Source of the DNA: Thermoplasmatota archaeon
GTDB lineage: Archaea > Thermoplasmatota > Penumbrarchaeia > Penumbrarchaeales > Penumbrarchaeaceae
Direction of reading: 5' to 3'
Assembly (NCBI GenBank): GCA_049472175.1
Contig: JBLIRF010000001.1
Span: 1 to 48,127 of the forward strand
DNA length: 48,127 bases
Part shown: piece after piece, positions 1 to 9,800 of the stretch
Layout: each line of letters starts with the position of its first letter
Numbering within the stretch: position 1 is the stretch's first letter
Notes under the pieces: generated by a model
The model's database searches: none
The model's input: only the letters and a program-made list of their open reading frames with translations
Told to the model about the DNA's origin: nothing
Program-made: the position numbers and the translations under genes

Positions 1-743
1 CGGTCTTCATGCATGATTATTACGGTTTCCCTTACCGGATAATAGACTCGACCATGAACAAGGGCATGCCTCTGTATATGGAGATCGTAGTCGGCATAGA
101 GAGAGGGCATCCGCAGTCGGAGTTCTTCACCAGAGGTTTCTACAACTACCTCAACGTCTCGATCACGTTCCATAACGGATCGATCGACGTGAACCCAGAA
201 GTGTACGGAGAATTTAATACTGACAACCTATCATATGATCTGGATGATGATGTTGACGGGGATGGCGTCCCCAGAGTGCTTGACATCAACCCGATGACCG
301 GCGCATGGATCTACAACCCCCAGGATTCCCAGTACCCGATGTTCGCTCTCGGTCTGGACGATCTCAACGTCCAGAACATCCCTGACGAGCTGATATTCGA
401 TGAGTTCAATCCGGCAGATTTCTACATCGATGGCTACGGGCCGTGGGCAGGACCGGACGATCCATACTACGTGGCTGCGACTGGAGAGAGACATGACGGC
501 CTCCAGCTGCCGTTCATCAACATATCCAATTATCCTGACCCGCAGGCACTGCACCCCCAGGGCTCGAACATCTGGTTCTACTGGTCGACCATGACCTTCT
601 ACAAGATAGGCTTCCATTTCATGGTGCCAGAGGGGGTCATGGCCGGGTTTGTGGTCATGGATATGCTGATAGATACGGAGCAGAACATACATGTCGAGGA
701 ATCCTTCGACGCCTTCGGAAGCTATCCATACATAGCCTACTGA
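1..743 (+). CDS. C-terminal part of a hypothetical secreted protein; the 5' end is probably outside the window
   Basis: The reading frame is open from the window edge, in frame with the ATG at 9, and stops at 741-743. It contains an acidic DDDVDGDGVP loop of the calcium-binding DxDxDG type. A hairpin plus T-run follows the stop. No family was recognised. Confidence 0.45.
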   Translation, partial: VFMHDYYGFPYRIIDSTMNKGMPLYMEIVVGIERGHPQSEFFTRGFYNYLNVSITFHNGSIDVNPEVYGEFNTDNLSYDLDDDVDGDGVPRVLDINPMTGAWIYNPQDSQYPMFALGLDDLNVQNIPDELIFDEFNPADFYIDGYGPWAGPDDPYYVAATGERHDGLQLPFINISNYPDPQALHPQGSNIWFYWSTMTFYKIGFHFMVPEGVMAGFVVMDMLIDTEQNIHVEESFDAFGSYPYIAY

Positions 744-763
744 GCCCGGAAAGACCGGGGAAA

Positions 764-790
764 GGGAGGCCGACTGCCTCCCTTTTTTTT
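764..790 (+). terminator. Hairpin plus oligo-T terminator after the first ORF
   Basis: GGGAGGC (764-770) pairs with GCCTCCC (776-782). This is followed directly by T8 (783-790) and a further TATTTT. Confidence 0.5.
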
Positions 791-823
791 TATTTTGAAA
801 AGTCCCTCTCCACTTAATGTGCC

Positions 824-857
824 ATAGATATAGTTATATCATATCTCCTCATATCTC
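824..857 (+). promoter_or_regulatory. TATA-like box and tandem 9-mers upstream of the BNR surface-protein gene
   Basis: ATAGATATAGTTATA lies at 824-838. TCATATCTC occurs twice, at 839-847 and 849-857, a 10-nt period. A GGAGG at 906-910 sits 8 nt before the ATG at 918. Confidence 0.3.
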
Positions 858-917
858 ATATCCCTTTCAAAAGACACCCGACACCCATTCGGCCAGGAAC
901 AGTCTGGAGGCATCTAA

Positions 918-3900
918 ATGAAATGGTCCAAGCTGGCAGTTCTTCTTGTTATTGCAACCATGGTGATGCCGTTGTTCATCTACGATCTGAAGGATGTTGA
1001 AGGGGGCAAACCCATTTTCAGATCGAACATCCTGGCTGTATGGGATAATACCAATTACAATCAGAGACCCATCGATATGGAAGTGGACCATAACGGCAGG
1101 ATATATATCACGTACACCACCGACCAGTTCTATTTTATGGACACATATCTCGTCTACTCGGATGACGACGGTATCACCTGGTCCTCATCACATCGGATCG
1201 ATGATGTGCTTCGGGACGGGAACTCGAGCAATGATAGATCGTCTCAGCTGGCGCCCAGGATGGCCATAGCTTCCAACAACACCGTATATGTCGTCTGGGC
1301 GGATGAGAGGGACAAGACCTACATCGAGCCACAGACAAGACATATCCGTATAGCCTGGTCGAAGGATGGGGAGAATTTCTCGAGAAGCGTCAGGATAGAC
1401 CCCATCAAGGAGGAGCAGACGTGGGAGGCCGGTCAGCCCGATATAGCCATCAACCAGGACGGAAGGATATTCGTGGCATGGCTGGACCAGAGGTTCGCCG
1501 GTGCCTATGACAATGTTTGGACTTCGTACTCCGATGATGGCGGAGCGACCTGGTCAGATATGCAGATGATCAACGACGACGGACTTTACTACAGGAACCA
1601 TGAGTATGCAAGATGTGTCATGCAGGGAGATGACGTATATGTCACCTGGCAGGACAAGAGGGGAGAGGACAACCAGTACAGACCTTATATGGATGCCTCG
1701 CATGATGGTGGAGAAACCTTCGGGGTCGATATTGCAGTCTCTGACGACATGGAGCAGTACAATTCCAGACAGTGGCCTTCCCCTGCCCTTGACGAGGCTG
1801 GAAACCTCTATGTGACCTGGAGGGACAAGAGGACCGCAAATGACGAAATATGGTTCGCCAGGAGCGAGGACAAAGGAGTAAGCTTTTCAACGAACATCAG
1901 ACTGGCGGTGGCCCCGGAAGGCTCTGAGGATATGTACCCTTACACTGCGGCCACAGGCATTGGAGGTGTAGGTGTGGTGTTCCAGCGATCCGTTGAATCG
2001 GGGGATATTACGGATGATGGTGAGATCTTCTACATAAACTCATCAGACGGTGGAAGGACCTGGGATGTATTGATGAGGGTCGATGACACTGACCGCTACA
2101 GCCCGGATACGACCATGCAGGAAAAACCCCTCCTTGTGTATGATAACACGGGGCGGGCAATATCAACCTGGGCGGATCACCGATACTTCTACAGTAAAAG
2201 CAGAGAGGTGTATTTCTCAGCTCACAGCGGCCCGGTCGATGGTCCGAACCACAGACCGATCATATACGACGAGGATTTCTGGTCAACTTTCCAGTTCAAC
2301 CCTAAGGTCGGCTCCTCGACCACGAACATTACCTTCTCCTGCAATTATTCTGACCATGACAATGATGTTCCCATTGAAGGCTACCCGCGGATCCACATTT
2401 ATGGGGATGAGGCGGGAAATGAACCGGTTTTCAATGAACCGAAGGTCATGAACAAGGTCTTTCCGAATGATATCGATTACATGGATGGTGCATACTACTT
2501 ATCCAGCTTCCAGATACCTGTCGAAGGTCAGACCTACTTCAGGATAGAGGTCATCGAGGAAAGGGATCCCGAACCCCTGTTCTCATCTCTCCTCGAAGGT
2601 CCCCTCATCGACGCCACACCGCCCAAGTTGACCGTTATCTCCCCGGCAAACGGGTCATGGCACAATACCGAGACCATATTCTGCAAGGTGAGGGTCGAGG
2701 ATTTCGAGGGGGGGAACGTCCAGGAAGGTTCAATAAAGGTTAGGAAATCCATAAACGATCTGGAGAACCTGGAGAAAGGGGTCGCCCTTCCCAACAAACA
2801 GATGATAGACAACAACACCTACGAGGCCTGGGGCAACGTCAGGCTGGACAGCGGGACGGACAACTACGTGGTTTTCGAGGCAAAGGACAAGGTTGGGAAC
2901 GGACCCGGTTTGTCTGTACCGGTAAATATCTGGATCGATCCCGATCCGCCCTACTATACGGGGGTCGGTCCAACCGAAATCCAGCTATTCGAGACCGTTA
3001 ACTGCACCATCCAGTGGCTTGACCATTTCCCCGGATCGAAAGCACAGACCTCCGGCCTCAATATCTCATCGATAGAATTTGCATACAGGACCACAAGCGG
3101 TCCCCTCACAGAATGGGCACCTCCCGAGGGTATGATAGACCTTGGTAACGAGACCTATCATTGCTGGGTTAACCTTCAATTCCCCGACGAAGGAGTATAC
3201 AGTTTCATCAAATGGAGGGCAAAGGACAACCTCGACAACGTCAAGGAGACAGGAGAGTTCCGGATAAAGGTGGATGTTCCAGACAATTACAGACCGATCT
3301 TCTTAGGAAAGGGATACCCGGACGGGGTCGTTTCTCCAAGGCCGCATCTATTCTGGGATGCAGCCTCGGACATCGAAGGAGACACTCTCTACTACCGGGT
3401 GATGCTGCTCAAATATCCCGGAGAGCTCCAGCTCACCCACTGGATAGACGTCGGTGAGAGGACCTTTTACGACATTCCAGACGATGATCCCCTGGATCCT
3501 GGCTATTATATCCTTCGGGTGAACGTATCGGACAAGATGGGGGGCTACGATTACGACACGATGGACCATTTATTCAGGATAATGGACAAAGGAACACCTC
3601 CACCGGAAAAGGTCCCCCGTTTCGGACCATTCTACTCAAGCGACTCGAATATTGAGATCAACTGGAGCCAGTCCCCGAGCCATACCGACATGGACATCCA
3701 TTACATGATAAGGATGGGAAGCAAGGCATATCATGGGGACATACTGGAATGGACGGACATAGGCCGTATACCAAGATATTCCCTCGGGGACCTGAACCTC
3801 GATATCGGGATATATTCCATCCAGATAATGGTGACCTCCAATTACAACTACAGCAGGGTCACACTGGGGACCTTGAAGATCAACGACTACAATCTGTCCC

Positions 3901-4766
3901 ATTGGAGCCCGCTGGAATCCCTTTCATACAGAGGATACGGACGCGGTTTCTCGGTCGATGTGGTCAATTACGCGACCTTCAGCGACAATGTGACGATAAC
4001 ATTGGAGGGTTATCTTGCTGAAGAAGGCGCTGCCTACCTGGACATCAGCGGTTCGAGGACAGGACATTTGAAGCTCTCATCTCAGAAGATCCTGTCAGAT
4101 CCGGAACCGATACATATCGAGGTGACCGTCTTCCCGGATGAGGATATCGAGAAAAGGGATTACAAGGTCAGGTTGAGGATTCAATCCGAGGATGGCAGGA
4201 CCGTCACCTACACAGACTACGTTACAGTGGAGGTCAAGGACAAGCCCCGGGATGGATTCGGTCAGGAAATTTCTGACAACCTTTACGACTTCCTGACCGA
4301 CACTCTACCTTTCCTCAAACCAGTTCGGCAGGACCTTCTGGTCCCGTTGTTCCTTGTCTTCGTCGCGATCCTGGTGACCCTGATATCGGGCATCGGTATA
4401 CTGATCTACAGGAAGAAGTTCAGAAAGGTTGTCAAGGATGACCCATATTCACATCAGAGGAAGCTTTACAGGGACCTCTACGGGGTGAATCCAAGTGATG
4501 AGCAGCTTAAACGGATGGAACAGGCCCAGACCCAGCCATCAGAGGACGATTTCTTCAGCGAGATCCCGGATATAGGGCCTGACAAGGACGATCGGACCGG
4601 GGTCCGGCCTCAGTCCGTCCGTGACGGCAATGCACAAAAGGAGGTTGGGACAGAAGATGAGGCATCCCGAGAATTGAAAGAAAAGGAGGAACCGGCGGGA
4701 GAAGAGGACCTTGAAGGGGTGGAGGAAAAGGAAGAGGGGGATTACATGGACCCGGATTCCCTCTGA
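918..4766 (+). CDS. Large cell-surface protein: signal peptide, six-Asp-box (BNR) beta-propeller, Ig/FN3-like modules, C-terminal TM anchor and acidic cytoplasmic tail
   Basis: The N-terminus MKWSKLAVLLVIATMVMPLFIY is hydrophobic. There are six SxDxGxTW/F Asp-boxes: SDDDGITW, SKDGENF, SDDGGATW, SHDGGETF, SEDKGVSF and SSDGGRTW (about 1150-2120). Ig-like modules downstream end in a D.xGN motif (EAKDKVGN, RAKDNLDN). The TM segment LLVPLFLVFVAILVTLISGIGILIY lies at 4336-4410. It is followed by RKKFRK and a 117-aa E/D-rich tail. Confidence 0.7.
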   Translation: MKWSKLAVLLVIATMVMPLFIYDLKDVEGGKPIFRSNILAVWDNTNYNQRPIDMEVDHNGRIYITYTTDQFYFMDTYLVYSDDDGITWSSSHRIDDVLRDGNSSNDRSSQLAPRMAIASNNTVYVVWADERDKTYIEPQTRHIRIAWSKDGENFSRSVRIDPIKEEQTWEAGQPDIAINQDGRIFVAWLDQRFAGAYDNVWTSYSDDGGATWSDMQMINDDGLYYRNHEYARCVMQGDDVYVTWQDKRGEDNQYRPYMDASHDGGETFGVDIAVSDDMEQYNSRQWPSPALDEAGNLYVTWRDKRTANDEIWFARSEDKGVSFSTNIRLAVAPEGSEDMYPYTAATGIGGVGVVFQRSVESGDITDDGEIFYINSSDGGRTWDVLMRVDDTDRYSPDTTMQEKPLLVYDNTGRAISTWADHRYFYSKSREVYFSAHSGPVDGPNHRPIIYDEDFWSTFQFNPKVGSSTTNITFSCNYSDHDNDVPIEGYPRIHIYGDEAGNEPVFNEPKVMNKVFPNDIDYMDGAYYLSSFQIPVEGQTYFRIEVIEERDPEPLFSSLLEGPLIDATPPKLTVISPANGSWHNTETIFCKVRVEDFEGGNVQEGSIKVRKSINDLENLEKGVALPNKQMIDNNTYEAWGNVRLDSGTDNYVVFEAKDKVGNGPGLSVPVNIWIDPDPPYYTGVGPTEIQLFETVNCTIQWLDHFPGSKAQTSGLNISSIEFAYRTTSGPLTEWAPPEGMIDLGNETYHCWVNLQFPDEGVYSFIKWRAKDNLDNVKETGEFRIKVDVPDNYRPIFLGKGYPDGVVSPRPHLFWDAASDIEGDTLYYRVMLLKYPGELQLTHWIDVGERTFYDIPDDDPLDPGYYILRVNVSDKMGGYDYDTMDHLFRIMDKGTPPPEKVPRFGPFYSSDSNIEINWSQSPSHTDMDIHYMIRMGSKAYHGDILEWTDIGRIPRYSLGDLNLDIGIYSIQIMVTSNYNYSRVTLGTLKINDYNLSHWSPLESLSYRGYGRGFSVDVVNYATFSDNVTITLEGYLAEEGAAYLDISGSRTGHLKLSSQKILSDPEPIHIEVTVFPDEDIEKRDYKVRLRIQSEDGRTVTYTDYVTVEVKDKPRDGFGQEISDNLYDFLTDTLPFLKPVRQDLLVPLFLVFVAILVTLISGIGILIYRKKFRKVVKDDPYSHQRKLYRDLYGVNPSDEQLKRMEQAQTQPSEDDFFSEIPDIGPDKDDRTGVRPQSVRDGNAQKEVGTEDEASRELKEKEEPAGEEDLEGVEEKEEGDYMDPDSL

Positions 4767-4871
4767 CGATGAAATGGTCCAACGATCTGGCATACTGATT
4801 TCGGGGCCCCATCCAAGAAGGTGAACGATAGTATATTATCCTGACGACATGAATAATGGCAGGGACATCCC

Positions 4872-6848
4872 ATGGTGAGGAGAAAGAAAGGAAAGAAGGC
4901 TCGACCATTATCCAAGGAGGAAATGCCCGGCATTTCCAGCTCCACCTTGGATTCCTTTCTGACCGATATTGAGGCCCTGGCGGAGGACGCTGATAACATA
5001 GTGAACGAACGAAGGGACCTCCCTCCTGCTCCCGTGATAAAGGTGAGGGAAACCCTGGAAAGGCCTGAAAAGGTCATGGAGAAGATACCGGTCCCCGAGC
5101 GAACAGAGATATCATTCCCCAGCGATGAGATCACTGCCAGAGAAGCCAGGACCTTCCTTGACGCACTCAAGCAACATCTATCCGCTACGTCAAAGGCCAG
5201 GCTTTTTTTTCATAATGATATGGACGGGCTCAATGGGGCGATCTTCATCCATTTCATATTCGGGTCCTGGTTCGGCAAAGATATTGATGTACATTTCTCC
5301 TCGATGGAATACAAAGATATCCAGACGCTGGAGATCGACGGGGCAACCACGTATATATTCGTTGATATGGACATGGACCTTAAAGGGGACAACATCTTCA
5401 GGATCGACCATCACGGCCTTGATAGGAACTTAAAATCCATCAACGAAAGGCTCTTCCTTCTCACTCCACCGGAGAACGATTACGACTATCCCTCCACTGC
5501 CACATCACTTTGTGCCTATCTCGAATACATCTCACGTGGCGGAGGTGCGACCTTCTTCGAATACCTTAACTCGGGCCCCTGGCAGAAGGACCAGTTCAGG
5601 AGACTGTTGATACTTCTGGCATCGGTCTGCGACAATCTGTGGCACCTCAACTTCCTGATAGATATCCCGATAAAGAGGTGGATCCCGGACAGGGAGGAGG
5701 AGAAATACCTGATCCTGATATCCATATCCGCATCCCTCATCCTGGGTGAGAAGGATAGAAGGGACACTGCCCTGGTAAATTTTTTCACCGCTGACCTGAC
5801 ACCCGATGTTTATCTGGGACAGATATGCCAGAGCGTCCAGGAAGCCCAGAATATCATGGACTTCACCCTGACCATTTCAAGAGGAGCTGAAGATTTCTAC
5901 AACAGGATCTTCTTCAACCTCACGGATTCCACGGAGAGGTCCTTCAAGACCCTCGGGAGGTTGAAGGAATCACTGGCCAGGTTCGACAGCTCGATGCCCG
6001 CTGATATGACGGAGGAGCCAGGGCCGTCAGGTGATGTCCCGGATGGACAGGGGGAAATGGATGCCGAGCATTTGAAGAGGGTACAGTTCTATCATAGAGA
6101 GATCGAGAAACTGAGGTCAAAGGTCAAAGCGGTCGAGAAGAGATTGATAGGACTGAGGTCTGCAAAGAAGATGATCTCGACCGAGAAGGGACCGAAATTA
6201 TGTGTTGTAATTCCGGCCCAGAGCTCTGCCCAGGTCAAGGGGATCATCGCATCACTTCTATACTACATGGGTTGGAAGAATGTTGTTATAGAGGATAGAG
6301 GACCGGAAGCTTACTGGGGCTCCAGGGGATTCTCCAAGGAAATGATAGGCGGTCTTTTCTCCAACCTGTCCTTCACCTCAGAGGAGTTGGAGGATTACAT
6401 CCTCATGGAGAATATTCTCAATGACCTTTCCGAGATCTTCAACAAGGAGATCAACATATCCCGGAACATATCCTATCACAAGATGTACAGCGGTGGAATG
6501 GGGGGAAGGGGGCTCGTGTTCGGAGGTGTGTTGACAGGTAACGTGCCAAGGGTCTTCTCACTGTTGGAGGAAACTGGCGATCTGGAAGAGAAGGTTCAGG
6601 AGCTCATACGGTACAAACAGCTTGGAAATGCCCTGCAGGGATTGACCGGGGGACCCTCAACCGTATCAACCGCTCATGCCATCAGGGCAAAGTTCAAATC
6701 GACCGGTTGGATGGTGCTGCAGATGGTCCCGGGAAGACACGGGGCAGATGTGATGCTCGGAAATTTCAGAACGGCAACGATCCACCTGGTCGGGTATACG
6801 GAAAGGATCAACTTCGAACTCAAGGACCTTTTGTCGACCTCGCAATGA
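4872..6848 (+). CDS. Divergent DHH-family phosphoesterase-like protein with a basic N-terminal extension and an internal coiled coil
   Basis: DHH motif I is FFHNDMDGLNGA (about 5203-5238), motif II is IFVDMDMD, and motif III is RIDHHG (5403-5417). A possible DHHA1 GGGH-like element, SGGMGGRG, lies near the C-terminus. The N-terminus MVRRKKGKKARP is basic. The segment HREIEKLRSKVKAVEKRLIGLRSAKK looks like a coiled coil. Confidence 0.55.
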   Translation: MVRRKKGKKARPLSKEEMPGISSSTLDSFLTDIEALAEDADNIVNERRDLPPAPVIKVRETLERPEKVMEKIPVPERTEISFPSDEITAREARTFLDALKQHLSATSKARLFFHNDMDGLNGAIFIHFIFGSWFGKDIDVHFSSMEYKDIQTLEIDGATTYIFVDMDMDLKGDNIFRIDHHGLDRNLKSINERLFLLTPPENDYDYPSTATSLCAYLEYISRGGGATFFEYLNSGPWQKDQFRRLLILLASVCDNLWHLNFLIDIPIKRWIPDREEEKYLILISISASLILGEKDRRDTALVNFFTADLTPDVYLGQICQSVQEAQNIMDFTLTISRGAEDFYNRIFFNLTDSTERSFKTLGRLKESLARFDSSMPADMTEEPGPSGDVPDGQGEMDAEHLKRVQFYHREIEKLRSKVKAVEKRLIGLRSAKKMISTEKGPKLCVVIPAQSSAQVKGIIASLLYYMGWKNVVIEDRGPEAYWGSRGFSKEMIGGLFSNLSFTSEELEDYILMENILNDLSEIFNKEINISRNISYHKMYSGGMGGRGLVFGGVLTGNVPRVFSLLEETGDLEEKVQELIRYKQLGNALQGLTGGPSTVSTAHAIRAKFKSTGWMVLQMVPGRHGADVMLGNFRTATIHLVGYTERINFELKDLLSTSQ

Positions 6849-6894
6849 TGGCACGCAGGCCATTTTGACCTTCATCCGTGATCACAGGTCCGGA

Positions 6895-9800
6895 TCATAT
6901 TGGCTGGGACTTCTGCCTGTAAGCGATGATCCCCAATGCCACCACGATCACCATTATCGCGAATATCACTATCCTCCAGTTCACTTCAAGAGTGCTCTCG
7001 GGTGTTTTTCCGATAACGACATTGTACCAGATGCCTGCATTGTCGAAATCATCGGTCTCCTTGATGTTGTTGTATGGATCGACAAGGACCTCGAGCGTAT
7101 GGAACTCATTCTCGGTTATATTGTAGTCCGTGACATTGAAACGAACCTTCGCGGACCCTGTCCCACCCTGGGGTATGTAGGGGACGACCCCCTCGGCTAC
7201 CACTTCTCCGTCGACCATGAGGGATACGTTGACGGAATGGGCATCACGATGAAGGGACTGAACGGTAATATTTGCCTCGACCGTACGATTCAGAACAGCA
7301 TCGTTAAGTCTGCGGTTGGTGATCTTCAGGAAGCCGGGAGGAAGCACGAGATTTGGCTTGTTTACCTCCATGGTGACCTCTTTCTTCACCACGTCACCCC
7401 AGCGGTTCTTCCCGGTGAAGGTCAGGGTCAGCCTTTCGTTGTAGAGGGAACTTTCGGACCCTTCCGGTGTCCAGACCGTTATCGCATACTTCCTGACACC
7501 CTTTGGAAGGAGTGTGGCATTCTCACCTGCTGCAGGGAACTCCGAGGACCCTTCCCATTCGACCTTCCAGCCCTCGATTTCCTCGGGTCTTGGGTCCATC
7601 TGTATGTTGACCACATCCTCCCCCGTCCCGAGATTGTCCACAGTTATGTTGAATACCCTCATCTCGTCGTAATCAACACCCATCACCTCGGGTATATCGA
7701 AGAGAAGATCGAACCTGTAGCTTGAAGGTGTCGATATCTGGACCTGGAATGTGTTCTTGGTATTCTGGTCCGATTCTCCCTGGAATATAAGTGAATTCGA
7801 GAAATCAGGTTCCGATGGAGAGGTGATATTTACCCATCTGGTGACCCTTTCGCCTATTTCGAGAGGTATATCAGTACCCTCGGGGAACTCCACTTTCCAG
7901 GAATCCGGTATCTCGCTGGTGACCACACTCACCGAGAAAGGCTCGTTCCCGACGTTCTCGATGTAATATTCGAGCCTGACGGTCTCCTTCGCGGCCATCT
8001 GGATCTCGTGCTGCAGGTCGTTCACAAGATCTATATCGAACGTATATTCTTTGATCTTCTCGAACTCGAATGCAAGGTCCTGCGCTGTCGTTGAGGAGTT
8101 GAGGGTGAACCTCTCTGAGATACTGTACGACATATCCATTCCGTATTCCTCGATGATGAACCGGGAGGACGCGAAATACTCGTAATATGGCATGTCCACT
8201 ACATAGGTCCCCTTCCGGTATTGAATGGTTATCTCGCCTCCTCCATCGACCTTCGAAAAGACGAGCTCGTCACCTTCCGGAGGTTCGTATATCAGCTCTC
8301 CATCCGTATTCCTGTATACGACCGTCCCCGATACCCTGGCTGCCGGAACCGCGGACCATTCAACATCGGTGAGGTCATCGCCCATGTCGATGTTGAGCTC
8401 GGCAAGGTACCCGAACATCGGACGACCGTCGCTATACCGCATACCGCTAACTGTATAGATACCGGGAGCAAGGTGTATCTCGAATGAACCGTCCCCCTCC
8501 GTGGTTATCCTGATCTCATCATCATTGAGGTCCTCGAATACAAGGTAGAGCCCGGAAGCAGGGGACTCCTCGGCATCGTATATGCCATCAAGATCATGGT
8601 CCACGTAGATGACTCCCTTCACGACGACATCCTCGGGAACCAGGGGTATGTCCCATAGAGAGAGACCATCCTCTGGAAGGTCAACAATTGCGACATCCTC
8701 CCTGGGGGAGGACTTGAAACCCTCCATGTCAACGGATATCGACAATCTGGTATAGGGTACCATCAACGAGTAATCACCGTTGGAGTCCGAATATGTCCAA
8801 ACAGGGTCCCCTCCATCCATGGGTGTGAAAGTGACATTAACACCTTCCTTTCTCTCCTCCAGCTGTATTGTCCTATCGTCATTTACATCGTAATATACGG
8901 CTCCGGTGACCTCCACGTTCTTGGAGATTTCCAGTAGAAGACCCACGACCGCACCGGATATCTCCACCGTTGATGTGTGGTAGTATTCTACTTGTATATC
9001 CTCATCGAAGGAAGGATCGAGGGTCAGGAAATTGTACTCCGCTGTGTAGACACCAGTGAGCAATATTGTGGAGAAATCCCCGTCCTCCTGGACCTCAGCA
9101 CCGACCCATAGTCCGTCCTTTACGAAGAACACCTCCGAATCGCCCATTCCGTCGAAATCCGGGCTTAAACTCCCTTCCACTGGGAAAGCCTGTACCATTT
9201 CGAATGTTCCGGGTTCAGAGCCGTAGTCCAGCGAAATGACATCCCAGTACATGTAATGGGTTCCCGGCCTCTCCTGGTGCGCTTCAAGTATGTAATCCCC
9301 TGCCGGCAGCTCCACTTGGAACTTCCCGTTGAAATCGGTCTCCCCTGATCCTATCGTCACCTTTATACCTTGTATGGAATTGAAGTTGACCGATATCTCC
9401 GCAGGATACTTCACAATGGAATTCTCAACGAGGAACATTGTCCCTTCATACGCTATGATATGTTCCACCTGACAGTCGAGATAGAAGATCCCCGTTGATG
9501 GCTCTACCCCCAGATACTCCGAGGTGTAGAGAGTATGATGAACTCCATCCTCGTCGAACTCCTCGGTAATTTCCAGGAAATACTCCCCGGGAGCAAGGGA
9601 AGCTGTCAGGATCCCGTCATTGTCCGTCCTCGCCCGGATGGGTCCTCCGACCATGTAGGTCTCGGCTGGATTTATCAAAAATTCCCTGTTGGACACCGAT
9701 TCATTATCGATCCCGTACCTTCCGTAAAAAGGTACAGTGGCATTTATCTGGATCTGTCTCTCACGGGCTTCGAGAGGGGCGTCCGTACCGTTCAATCCGA

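Noticed and set aside
4539-5170. Minus-strand ORFs (84, 117 and 142 aa) spanning the end of the BNR-protein gene and the start of the DHH gene
   Set aside because: They are antisense to two supported genes. They are Pro/Gly/Ser-rich and low-complexity, with no start signals.
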